From Mantamonas sphyraenae STR306 (Eukaryota > Protista > CRuMs): DNA of 64,000 nucleotides. Shown here one piece after another: positions 1 through 12,600 of the stretch; within the stretch, counting starts at the first letter, position 1, and each line of letters opens with the position of its first letter. Location of the stretch: assembly GCA_026936335.1 (NCBI GenBank), contig JAPMXV010000061.1, positions 1-64,000 of the forward strand. The letters are read 5' to 3'. The notes below the pieces were generated by a model. That model did not search any database, was not told the DNA's origin, and worked only from the letters and a program-made list of their open reading frames with translations. Made by a program: the position numbers and the translations under genes.

Positions 1-188
1 ACCCTAACCCTAACCCTAACCTAACCCTAACCTAACCCCCTAACCCTAACCCTAACCCTAACCCTAACCCTAACCTAACCCTAACCCTAACCCTAACCTA
101 ACCCTAACCCTAACCCTAACCCTAACCCTAACCCTAACCCTAACCCTAACCCTAACCCTAACCCTAACCCTAACCCTACCCTAACCCT
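1..188 (-). repeat. Telomeric repeat array (CCCTAA)n = TTAGGG telomere, left chromosome end
   Basis: About 30 tandem CCCTAA units from base 1, with occasional CCTAA/CCCCCTAA variants, ending at ...ctaaccctca. Confidence 0.98.
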
Positions 189-460
189 CAATATGGGAGT
201 TTCCGCCCTTGTTGTGGTGGGTCCGGTCTATGTCATGTGAGTTGTGCTTGTGTCTGCTGGCTGGGTGGCTGAGTTGGGTGGTGACATGGGGCAGTGGGCA
301 ATGGTTGGGAGTGAAAATGTCGCTGGTGAGTGACCTTCATCCTGCAACGCCGCGCAGTCAGCACTGCCCATCCGCCTTCATCCAAAATATCACCAACACC
401 CACAACTCCCTCCACCAGTCCAACACAACCCACATACACTCCTGTACCACCATCACCACC

Positions 461-2911
461 ATGGACAAAGACTACTCAAGCACTCCGAAGCAACAACACA
501 CACCCAACACCTACCCAGCGTGCGTTCTGCCTTCCACTCCGTTTTTCTGACTGCCCGCTCCTCCCGCTTCCTTGCCTCCTCTATGCCTCTGTCGCTTCCT
601 TCCACTCCTCCCCTGCATCTCCACTTCCCCATCATCGTCGTCGCTGCCTTCTCCGCTCTTCTCCGATCCCGTCTCCCCTGTCACTGCCCTCCCCGTTGCC
701 AGTTTCCCGGTCTGCCAATCGCCTCCGTTTTCCCTCTTTGCTCGTTCCATCCTCCCTTCACCCCCCGGCTCTGCCCTGACGGCGTCCATCCCGCCTTCCG
801 CTCACCGTTCCCACCCCGCCCTGCCCCTCCCTTCCCCTCCCACAGCTACGCGTACATGGTCCCCTCCCATGGCTGCCCAGCCGTTTCCGAACGTGCTGCC
901 CGCCTCTGGCGTTCAAAACCCGTACCAGCACCCCCAACCACCCATCATCTGGGTCCCTGTCAACTCCTACCCGCAGCAGCACACCGCATATGCTCATCAG
1001 AGCCACCCATACTACGCCTACCCTCCTCCGCCGCCTCCTCAGCCGCGACAAACCGCCCAGGTGCACTTAGCTCAGCCTCCGTTTCTCCCTCCGCCTGCTC
1101 AACCCACCACTAACCACAACCGCGTCCCCAAACGCATCAGCCCTGCCTTTGTAGGCATCAACCGTACCACATCCACCACCACATCGTCGTCGTCCTCCGA
1201 CCAGGACACACAGCAGACTGGAGACAGCGACGACGACGACGCAGACCAGGACACACACACACATGACACCGGCGACGTGGAGGACCTGATGTTCCTGAAC
1301 TTTGGCCACCGTGAATCACGGTCAGTCTCCAGCAACTCAGAGTGGATGACCAACTCAGGAATGGAGGCGTACGAAGAAGACGGCGAGGCCAACGACGCCA
1401 TCCAGCAGCACGTGGGTGACGAGTTGGAAACTCAGGGCCCGCTCAGCATTGCAGACACTGGTGATGCCATGGATGAGGAGTACATGCCGCAAGACGACAG
1501 CGACGACGACGCAGACGACATAGAGCAGGAGGACACGGACGAATGGCAGCTGAGACGCCCAAGCATTGGCCACAAACGGCGTCGTAGAAACCACACCAGC
1601 CGTACTGATCCAGAAACGATGAAAGGCAGTGGACAGCGCAGGCTCAGGGTCACGGCTGGCAGTGGCACAGAGACAGGAACGTCGAGCACACGGGCAAGGA
1701 GTGACAAGAACGGAGACAACGGCGCACGGAAGAAAGCAAGCGTGGACAAGACGAACAAGTTGCCAGTTGGCGTTGTGCGCAAAGGGTGGACGAAGGGAAT
1801 CAGCGACGAGCGCAGCCACAGCAACAAAAAGGAGCACACGGCACTGCTGAAGCACATGCACACCCTGGCCAATGAGCATCCTATCGACAACATCACCGAC
1901 CTCATGGCCGTGCAGGCCCGTGTTGTGGTCTGCCATGGCACCCTGAACACGCTGGTCCGACAGATCCTGCTCGCTCTGGGCAACATTCCCCTCTCCCAGG
2001 GCGACATGGCCTTCTGTCTCATTTTTCTGGGCCATGATGTGGATCAACAGGCGTGCAGTGATGCCATCCGTGGCGCTGGTCTGGCCATGGGTGTGACCAA
2101 GGCTGGGTTGAAGGTGTGCTGGCTGGAGGAACCACACGACCACAGCGACCCCAACTACGCCCTCCTCCACCTGCTCATGACAGAGATGGACACTCTCGGC
2201 AACAGACCTCATCCCACCACCTGGAAGGAGCACCGGCAGACCCAGCTGCGGCTGCAGGAAGCACGGCGCCCTGCTGACAACGACAGCGACCCACACTGGA
2301 CGCAATGCGACTACGACCACCACCTCGCCACCACCACGGTGGACAAGTGGCATCTTGAGTCTGTGCGCAGTGGCTGGGCAGCGCACAATCCCAGCGACGA
2401 GCGGGGCAGCTGCACGGCGCGGGAGTTCCAGACGCTTCTGGCACACATGAAGGCACGCGCAGCCAAGTACCCTCGCCATCAGCATGCACACGAGCACCAT
2501 GCACTGCGTGAGCTGATCAACAACGGCAGCCTGAAGTCCCTGGTGCGACACATCATCCTGGCGCTGGGCAACGTTGGCGTGCCGCCTGTCGACCTGGCCT
2601 TCTTTGTCCGCCTCCTCAGACCACAACTCACCTACCAGGAGGTTCAACGGGCCATCAGCGCCACCCTCACCCGCGGTGTAACCTCCCTCTCCCTCAAGAT
2701 CGCCTGGCTCGACAACCCCAAATCCAGCGACGCCACACTTCACACCCTCCTCCACACCCTCATCGACCGCATCACACCCCACATAACCACACGCCCCACC
2801 ACCACCGCACTCGTCAATGCCTACCCCATCCCCCCCTTCACCCTCCCCAAGCGCAAAGACCGTTCCTCCTCCTCCTCCTCCTCCTCCTCCAAACGCCAAC
2901 GCCTCGAATGA
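461..2911 (+). CDS. Subtelomeric repeat-domain protein, copy 1 (Pro/Tyr/Gln-rich N-terminus, acidic tract, basic NLS-like motifs, two ~140-aa repeats)
   Basis: Exon 1 461-519 (MDKDYSSTPKQQHTPNTYP), intron 520-845 (GTGCGT...CCCACAG), then exon 2. There is one extra C at ~865 relative to copy 2, and the ORF is open 869-2911. The structure is conserved between copies. Confidence 0.75.
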
Positions 2912-3220
2912 ACCACCCTTTCATTCCCACACCCTTCCCACTCACCCTCCCCTCCCCACCCACTCAGCCACCCTCTCCATCACCTTATTCGGCAGTGTCA
3001 CCCACCCTTCCCACCCTCTCTCCTCCACATACTCCTCCATCCCTCCACACGCAAACATCGCCTCCCTGTCTTCACCATTCATCACCAACCCCGTCGCTTT
3101 AGCCTCGTACACCTGTGCACCCACCCATCCGCCTTCAACCAAAGTATCACCAACACCCACCACACCTTCCACCAGTCCAACACAATCCACATACACTCCA
3201 GTACCACCACCTCCACTACC

Positions 3221-6200
3221 ATGGATGAAGACTACCCAAGCACTCCGAAGCAACAACACACACCCAATACCTATCCAGCGTGCGTTCTGCCTTCCACTCT
3301 CTTTTCTGACTGCCCGCTTCTCCCGCTTTCATGCCTCCTCCGTGCCTCCGTCGCTTCCCTGCACTCCTCCCCCGCATCTCCACTTCCCCATCAGCACCGC
3401 CGCTGCCTTCTCCGCTCTTCTCCGATCCCGTCTCCCCTGTCACTGCCCTCCCCGTTGCCAGTTTCCCGGTCTGCCAATCGCCTCCGTTTTCCCTCTCTGC
3501 TCGTTCCGGCCTCCCTTCACCCCTGCTTCTGGTCTGACGGCGTCCATTCCGCCCTCCACTCACCGTTCCCACCCCATCTTACCCCTCCCCGTCTCCCCAC
3601 AGCTACGGGTACATGGTGCCCCCCATGGCTGCCCAGCCGTTTCCGAACATGCAGCTGCCCGTCTCTGGCGCACAAAACCCGTACCAGTACCCACAACCAC
3701 CCATCGTCTGGATCCCTGTCAACACGTATTCCCAGCAGCACTACGCATATGCTCATCAGGGCCACCCATACTACGCCTACCCTCCTCCGCCGCCTCCCCA
3801 GGCGCGACAAACCGCCCAGGTGCACTCCGCTCAGACTCCGTCGCACCCTCCGCCTGCTCAACCCACCACAAACCACAACCGCGTCCCCAAACGCATCAGC
3901 CCTGCCTATGTCGGCATCACACGGACCACATCCACCACAACATCGTCGTCCACTTCTCACCAGGCCACACAGCAGACTGGAGACAGCGACGACGACGACG
4001 CAGACCAGGACACGCACACACATGACACCGGCGACGTGGAAGACCTGATGTTCCTGAACATTGGCCACCGTGAACCATGGTCAGTCTCCAGCAACCCAGA
4101 GTGGATGACCAGCTCAGGGATGGAGGCGTACGAAGAAGACGGCGAGGCAAACGACGCAACCCAGCATCACGTGGACGACGAGTTGGAAACTCAGGGCGCA
4201 CTCAACTCTGCAGACACTGGCGATACCATGGATGATGAGTACATGCCGCAAGACGACAGCGACGGCGACGCAGACGAGATGGTGCAGGAGGACACGGACG
4301 AATGGCAGCCGAGACGCACAAGTAGAGGCCGCACCCAACGTCGCAGAGGCCACAACAGCCGTCTTGCTGGTCCACAGAAGATGAAAGGCAGCGGACAGCG
4401 CAGGCGCAGAGTCACGGCTGGCAGTGGCACAGAGACAGGAACGTCGAGCACACTGGCAAGGAGGGCCAAGAATGGAGACAAAGGCGCACGGAACAAAGCA
4501 GAGGATGACAAGACGAACAAGTTGCCAGTTGGCGTTGTGCGCAAAGGGTGGACAGCGAGAATCAGTGACGACCGCAGCCACGGCAACAAGAAGGAGCACA
4601 CGGCACTGCTGAAGCACATGCACACTCTGGCCAATGATAATCCCCTCGACGACATCTCTGACCTCATCACCCTGCAGGCGCGTGTTGTCGTCTGCCATGG
4701 CACCCTGAACACGCTGGTCCGACAGATTCAGCTCGCTCTGGGCAACATCCCCCTCTCCCAGGGCGACATGGCCTTCTGCCTCACCCTTCTCGGCCGCTAC
4801 ATGGACCATCGTGCATGCAGCAACGCCATCCCCCACGCTGGTCTGGCTGTGGGTGTGACCAAGGCTGGGTTGAAGGTGTGCTGGCTGGAGGAGCCACACG
4901 ACCACGGCGACCCCAACTACGCCCTTCTCCACCTCCTCATGACAGAGATGGACACATTCGGCGACAGAACCCTTCCCATCACCAGGAAGGAACACGAGCA
5001 GACCCAGCTATTGCTGCAGAAAGCACGACGACCTGCTGACAACGACAGCGACCCACACTGGACACAATGCGACTACGACCACCACCATATCACCACCACG
5101 GTGGACAAGTGGCATCCAGAGCCTGTGCGCAGTGGCTGGAGCACCAACAGGCACAACGACGAGCGTGGCAGCTGCACGGCGCGGGAGTTCCAGTCGCTGC
5201 TGGCACACATGAAGGCACTCGCAGCCAAGTACCCTCACCACCAGCACGCACACGAGCACCAGGCACTGCGTGAGCTGATCGACAACGGCAGCCTGCTGTC
5301 CCTGCTGCGACACATCATCCTGGCGCTGGGCAACGTTGGCGTGCCGCCTGTCGACCTGGCCTTCTTTGTCCGTCTCCTCAGGCCACAGCTCACCTACCAA
5401 CAGGCGTCCAAGGTGCCATCAGCGCCACCCTCACCCGCGGCGTCACCTCCCTCTCCCTCAAGATCGCCTGGCTCGACAACCCCCAACCCAGCGACGCCAC
5501 ACTGCACACCCTCCTCCACACCCTCATCGACCGCATCACACCCCATATCACCACCCGCCCCAACTCTACCGACGGCGTCAAATCCCTTAACATCCCCGAG
5601 CTTTTCCTGCCTGAGCCCACAGAGGAGGAGATGGCCGTGGAGGATGGACTGCCAGATGGAGTTGTGCGCAGTGGTTGGACATACTGGCGCAAGAGCGAGC
5701 GCAGCCACAGCAACAAGAAGGAGCACACGGCACTGCTGAACCACATGCGCACTCTGGCCAACGAGCATCCCATCGACAACATTCCGGAACTCATGACCCT
5801 GCAGGCGCGTGTTGTGGTCTGCCATGGCACCCTGACCACGCTGAATCGACAGATTCTGCTTGCTCTGGGCAACATTCCTCTCTCCCAGGGCGACATGGCC
5901 TCCTGCCTCACCCTCCTCGGCTGTGATATGGATCGAAAGGGGTGCAGCCTTGCCATCCATGACGCTGGTCTGGCCATGGGTGTGACAGAGGCTGGGTTGA
6001 AGGTGTGCTGGCTGGAGAAGCCACACGACCACGGCGACCCCAACTACGCCCTTCTCCACCTGCTCATGACAGAGATGGACACTACTCGGCGACAGGCCCC
6101 ATCCCACCACCTGGAAGGAGCACAAGCAGACCCAGCTGTGGCTGCAGAAAGCACGACGCCCTGCTGACAACGACAGTGACCCACACTGGACACAATGCGA

Positions 6201-6851
6201 CTACGACCACCACCTTCCCACGACCAAGGTGGACAAGTGGCAACCTCAGTCTGTGCGCAGCGGCTGGAGCACCAACCCGTACAACGACGAGCGGGGCAGC
6301 TGCACGGCACGGGAGTTCCAGACGCTGCTGGCACACATGCAGGCACGCGCAGCCAAGCACCCTCGCCATCAGCACACACACGAGCACCAGGCACTGCGTG
6401 AGCTGATCAACAACGGCAGTGTGCTGTCCCTGCTGCGACACATCATCCTTGCTCTGGGCAACGTTGGCGTGCCGCCCGTCGACCTGGCCTTCTTTGTCCG
6501 CCTCCTCAGGCCACACCTCACCCACAAGCAGGTCGTGACTGCCATCAGCGCCACCCTCACCCGCGGCGTCACATCCCTCTCCCTCAAGATCGCCTGGCTC
6601 GACAACCCCAAATCCAGCGACGCCACTCTGCACACCCTCCTCCACACCCTCATCGACCGCATCACACCCCACATCACCACCCGCCCCATCGCCGTCACAC
6701 TCGTCAACGCCTACCCCATCCCCTCCTTCACCCTGCCCAAGCGCAAAGACCCTTCCTCCTCCTCCTCCTCCTCTCCTCCTCCTCCTCCTCCTCCTCCTCC
6801 TCCTCCTCCTCCTCCTCCTCCTCCTCCTCCAAACGCCAACGCATCGAATGA
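3221..6851 (+). CDS. Subtelomeric repeat-domain protein, copy 2 (four repeats, A-B-A-B); frameshifted (pseudogene or assembly indels)
   Basis: Exon 1 3221-3279 and intron 3280-3602 join in frame to ORF 3613. Frameshifts at ~5405, ~6085 and in the (CCT)n at ~6773 link ORFs 3613, 5631 and 6229 and restore the same KRQR(L/I)E* end as copy 1. Confidence 0.7.
6764..6830 (+). repeat. (CCT)n microsatellite encoding poly-Ser, expanded relative to copy 1 (2864-2890)
   Basis: Seen directly; contains one CT interruption. Confidence 0.95.
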
Positions 6852-6950
6852 ACCCATTCTCCCCACACACCCTCCCCACCTCATCCAATCAACTGCGTTG
6901 TCCACCCCCCGCTGTTCCAGCGCTGCCAGGTCCACACCAACTCCGCACTC

Positions 6951-9682
6951 ATGAAAGTTCACCGTCATTCCGTCGTCGATGGACTTCTGGGTGACGAAGA
7001 ACAACATAGTCTGATCGATTCCTCGAGCACAGCGCAATCAGACTCGGCGACCCAGCGCAGGCGCGTTCTGTGCCGAGTTGTCCCTCTGTTCCTGCTCATC
7101 GCAGTTGCCACTTGCGCCTGGGTCGCGGCAGCCGCGATGCACATCGACGTCCAGCCGACAAAGGTGGACATCGTGGATGTGTGTGGACCCAGCACGGAGC
7201 ACAAGCGCGCCTCGCAAGGCCTTCACATCCGTGCCGCCCCACGCGTCTCGAACCCATGGGGCTCACTGCCGCGGTGCACCACGCCGTAGTGACTGTGAGT
7301 CGTAACCAGCGTCTGCTGGCCGAGGTCACTCTGGACAAGCCCGTTGCGCTGGAGGCTGGCGTGAAAAAGCTTCATGTTGACTTTGTATTCTCCAAGCTCG
7401 GCAAGCTCGCTGTGTCTGACCTGCACGACCTGAATGGCGCAAAGGGACTCCACTTCAACCTACGCGCAACAGTGTCGGTTTTTGGACTTTCTGTTCCCGT
7501 CCATTGGTCCTGGCAACCCGAGGAGCAGCACCACTCGCCGAAAAAGGTGACGTCGCCGAAAAACGAACCTCCCCAGGCGGCTCCACCAGCTCCGAGTATT
7601 AATACCCATGCGCCCTCAAAGAAGCCAAAAACCAAGGAACCCAAGCCGAAGGAAAACGTCTCACACAGGTGGATGCCGACAATGGCGGGTGTGGAGGGAG
7701 TTATCCCTCTGGAAGAGCTGATGGGAGGGAAGATTCAGCTCCCTTCCTTCGTGCGTTCCGTGGACATCCAAGGCGCAACCATGCATCTAGTGAACCTGAA
7801 CAGCTCGGTTGGGCTCGCTGAAGTCAATGTGTCACGTGTGACATCGAGCGGTGCCGAGATCCGTGTTCTGCTGCCGTGGTCCTCCGTGATCTACGCGGCG
7901 GCCCAAACACGCAAACTCCACTTCTCCCTGCGCTCCCAGGATGAGAGCAGGGCCGGCTGCTTCTTGCCACAACTGGTGAGCACAAACAAAATCGTGGTGG
8001 ACACCGCTTCCAAGATCGACTTTGTCAGCTACGACAACACCGTGAGCGGGAGGCTCTACCTGGAGATCCCCAATGCAAACATGAAGAACGAGGTCATTCT
8101 GAGTGCGAACCCAACCATCAAGCTGCTGGACAACAGCAACACGGTGGAAGTCAAGACTCAACTGTACGCATATACTGCGGGTACGAGCATGTTCCTCTCG
8201 ATGGGCTCCACCAAGTTCAACGACGTCCTTGCCATGGCCAGCAATGCCGTGAGCAACCTTTACGCCGGCAAGTCGCTCCTCATCGACTGGGATGCTGGCC
8301 TGTGGGGCCCAAGCAGGGACAAATGGGGAGTTCAAGATGGACGCTGGCTGGTTTCTGGTCTGGGGCACAAGATTGAGTGGAACGTACACACTGCCGACCG
8401 CGACTACAAAGCATTCATCAAGACAAATTATATGTCACGCTCCGATTTTCTGACTGTGTACAACATGCGCAACGGCCACAAGGTCTCGGACCTCATCCAC
8501 GACTACCTCTCGTCATGGCACCCAGCCGCCTGCGCAGCCGAACCCGACACCGCGTGGTGGAAACCTTTCGCAACGCGCAAATGGTTCGAGCCCGTCTTCG
8601 GGGTGCAGTACCGCATGTTTAGCGATCCGGGTCTGTACAACTACGGACATCGACGTGTGTGTCTCGTTCACTGGGACAAGGCTGGGCAGGCGGGCGACAA
8701 GCTGTCCTTTTCGGACATGGCATTCCAGCCGCAGAGCGTGTCCTTTTTGCAGAACCGCTACTACTCGTACTATCTTCTCAACATGTACGATGTCAAGCTC
8801 GTGGCAAACACAAACAAGGACGTGTCGCTCGATGCGCGGCTTTTCTCACGTGGCAGTTCGTTGAATGGAATCGGCAAGACGATCAAGGATCTGGTTCAGG
8901 GCAAACTGTACCTCCCGTACACGATGTTCATGGGTTCCCTCGATACGCTGCATCAGTGGCCTGCCGTAGAGCCCTACTGGGCTGAGATCCGCGTCAACAA
9001 AGTGGGCGGATCATTTGATGTCGATCTCAACGTGATTTGGGCAAAGGTGATGAATCTGAAGGGCAAACTCCACAAAGACGGCCCAGACTCATCCGTTTCT
9101 TTGTCCCTGACGAGTTTGACCCCACGCCCACCCACCATCAGCTTGTACAAGCGCGATGCGACAAGTGCGTACGTGAGCGGCTTCAGCAACGAGCTGGGGC
9201 CCGTCCGATACCAATTCGTCAGGGACTACGGGCCTCCCCTGCCCCCTCATCCCTCCTATCCATCCACGCACATTTTTGAGAACCTCTACGGCACCGTATC
9301 GCTGGGTGTGAGCGTGGTGACGGCTGGTGGGGAGTCGCAGTACGCGCGCGCCACTTTCCACGGTCCTCCCAGCCCGTCCACCCCGACCCCAACCCCCACA
9401 GCAACCCCAACCCCGACACCTACAGCAACCCCAACCCCGACCCCTACCCCCAACGCTGACGGCGCTGCAAACACCGACCCGAACTCCAAAAACAACAACA
9501 ACAACGGCCCCGGAACCTCTCCAATGAGTCCACAAGACCAATCACTCATGTTTGCTGGTATTGCCGTTGTTGGTTTCGTCATCATCGGCCTGGCTGTGCA
9601 CCGATGGCATTCGCACCGCCGGACCCGCGAGGAAGAGATTCACCTCAACAGAGTCGAGTCTGCCGGCTACCAGGCAATGTAA
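6951..9682 (+). CDS. Unknown membrane protein: N-terminal TM, LEA_2-like beta segment, large luminal/extracellular region, PT-repeat stalk, C-terminal TM
   Basis: ORF 6951 (TM VVPLFLLIAVATCAWVAAAA; ...VSNPWG) joins ORF 7070..9682 if one G is added to the GGGG at ~7258-7261. TPTPTPTATP stalk and TM LMFAGIAVVGFVIIGLAV near the end. Confidence 0.7.
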
Positions 9683-12600
9683 CGACGACTTTGCTGCATT
9701 CACCATTCACTCCACTCCTCTCTCCGACCCCAAGCGCAGCCTCATCACCGCCTGCGCCACCAGATTCCCCTTCTCCGCCGTCGACACTGTGACGCACGCG
9801 CCCACCTTTGCTCAGTTCTCGCTTCACCCAGCCTTCCAGCTCTTGCACGGCATCTCCTGCCATTCTTCCGACTGAAAACACATACCCCATCGCCACACCC
9901 GTCACCACTGCGAACAACGCGCCCACCACGAACCCTGCGTTCTCTGCGTCCTCAGCAAACGCCACCACGCACACCGTGTAGCTACCCAGCGTCAACCACA
10001 ACATGGCACCACCCACTTCTCCAGAATCCCGACCACGAACCACGCGCAAGCCAATTCCAGTCATTAGTGGCGCAAGCAGCATCACCCACCAGCGCAATGA
10101 CACTACCTCGGCACGTACATCTGCAAACATGCCGCCTGCACCCAACCCAGCTACCTGAATCCAGCTTGAACCAGCCAACGCGCACATGGTTGTTGGCATG
10201 GCCTCTACGATCGCCCTTCCTTCGTACAGGGTCATGGTCGCCAGCAACAGCGCGTTCATCACCCCGCCCACCTGCCATCCCCGCACGCTGACAATCGCGG
10301 CAAATCCAAACATGTACCAGTCGTTCACACGTCCACCTTTTCTCTCCGTTGCACCGTGTTTCCACCGGATCATGGTGACCAAACCCGCTGTGATTCCAAC
10401 AACTCGAACCAGAAACACTTCCGCGTCCGAGCCCGTTTCCAGCCCCATCGCCACCGCCGCTACCATCCCCAGAACCTCGCCAAGTACCATCAAACGCACC
10501 CGACTCCATTCCACGTGTTGTCTGTTCCCCCACCACAGCCACCACGACACCAAAGTTGCACACACTGTTTGCACCGGCACAAGCGCCACCAAAGCCTCTT
10601 CCAGGGTCCAACCGCTTGTCAACACCTGCCAAGGCCCAGCCATGATCACCAAACTCATAGAGTGCATCGGCAGAAGGATCATGGCTGCGCAGCACAGAAC
10701 AATACCACTGGGGAACCTCGGCGCAAACACCCTCCAAATATCCCATCCTGCGCCCATCCACACGCACACCCAACACACGTACAGCACAGCCACCACTGTA
10801 CGTAGGTGCTTGCGTACAAAGTTCGACACAGTCGCTGTGCTCCACGAGTTCTCCGAGCCAACAGAAGGCCGCCTTTGCACCTCCACCACCGCGCCCTTCT
10901 TCTCTACCTTTGCCAACCCAAGCATCTCATATGCTTCCGGCACTTCTTGCAACGCTTCATCAGGCATCATCAACAGCACAAAGAGATTGTGAAGGAGCCC
11001 ATCCTCCACGTCCACCAAAGATGGCCACACCAATCCCAATGCAATCACCATCACTGCCAGCAGCCCAACTCCGTCAAGGAACCATGCTGATGGCACCCAC
11101 TGAGCGAGTCGCCTTTGAAGCAGCCCTTGAACAGCGTCTTCAACCTCGGCAGGTGTCCGCTCCAGCAACCCCGACTGTGCTGCCAGGATCTCCTCCACTT
11201 CCCCGTTTCCATTCTCCAGCATCCCGTGATCCACCCAATGTTCCAGAGTACTTGCGTATGCGTGCACAAGGTATATAACGCCCTGAAACCCGTTCCGCCG
11301 TTCCCACGTGCTTGCACACTTTTCCATTTGGCACAAGTCTCTCGAGTGCAGCAGACGTATCAACTGTGTGTCCCCGCTTCTGCTGTCCACGGTCACATGG
11401 TTCTGCATGCGCTTCGCAGCCACCCTCATCCTTGTCGCCGCAATGCCCAACGCCTGTTTGTCCACCTGACCCTTCAGCACGCTGTCGACAACCACCGGTC
11501 TGGCACTCAATACTGCACTCTCCATCTCGGACGCAGCGCCCAGAAGCGACATGTCGTCCAGGACCAGCTGATGGAACACCACGGACAATGCCATCACCCC
11601 CGCCATCACAACCACCAACCCCACAAACGCCAGTGCCAACCGGGTCGCAGGCAACCTCAATCGTTCATGGGCATCTTCAAGCGTACCATTCCATGGCGTC
11701 GTGCTTAGAATAGGAGTTGCCGTACCTTGCGTACTTTCTTGTGACTCTCCGGGAGTCGGGGCTGCCACTGTTCCTGCACGTGACTCGAAAGGCGACTCGA
11801 CCCCAGGAGACACTCGGCTTGCATACCGGCTCGCATACTCCTCGTACTGCGTCGCCAAATGCCGAGCGACCCTGCTCGCAATCCGACCAATAGACATTGT
11901 CGCACGCCGCTTCTCCAACGCAACCGCGCGCATTGTCGCCCTCACACCGATCCAGTACGCCACAACTAGCAGCAACACAATCTGCAACACACTTTGGCGC
12001 ATCTCCGTGCTCACCTTGCTCACCACACGCCGTGATGCTGCCAGCACTCGACTTCGTCGCAAGTCAAGTTCGCCCCTCACAGACCCGCCGTTGTCGAGAA
12101 CAAACGTCACCCCACGTCGCAGGCGATCCCACTTTCCCGAGGGTGACAAAACGCCGTCGGTTTGCACTTCGGACGAGATCCAGGCTGTGTGTGCAAACAC
12201 AGCAAGCGCTGCATCCGAATGAATCTTCTCCCACACCCCTCCAACAGCAGACACGTTGACATGCCGCCGAAACACCGCCATCAGTGTGGTGTTTGCCCAC
12301 AAGGGCACGTGCGCCAGCCTCAAATTCGCTGCCTTCAGATTGTGTACACATGATGCCAGGCTCCGCTTGAACCCATTCAACGCAGTGTGACTCGTCACCC
12401 ACTGCAACCACATCTCTCGCCTGCCCAATGTGCTTTGCCCAGACTCGTTGCGCCCACCGCGCAATTCCGCACACTCCAGCGCACCAGCAAACACATTCAG
12501 GTTTACCTCACACTCACTCGCAGCCCTGCTGGCAATCATGAAATCCATGTGTACAGCCATAGCCTCCGTGTGGCGCCCAGATCCGACCAAACGCCCCGCC

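Larger units (their letters stand above)
367..6870 (+). repeat. Subtelomeric tandem segmental duplication (unit 1 ~367-2925; unit 2 ~3125-6870, with internal duplication of its 3' half)
   Basis: cccatccgccttca...atgga(c/t)...actccgaagcaacaacacacaccc is at both ~367 and ~3125. Exon, intron and ORF are all duplicated. The segment at ~1770-2925 recurs at ~4535-5560 and ~5660-6870. Confidence 0.95.

Noticed and set aside
1-188. Variant telomere units (CCTAA, CCCCCTAA) as evidence of an imprecise telomerase
   Set aside because: Almost all differ only in C-run length, the same error type seen throughout this assembly.
461-6851. Telomeric retrotransposon, Y'-like helicase or DNA transposase in the subtelomeric repeats
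   Set aside because: No RT (YxDD), endonuclease, gag zinc knuckle, helicase or DDE motifs, no poly(A) tail, and the gene has a spliceosomal intron.
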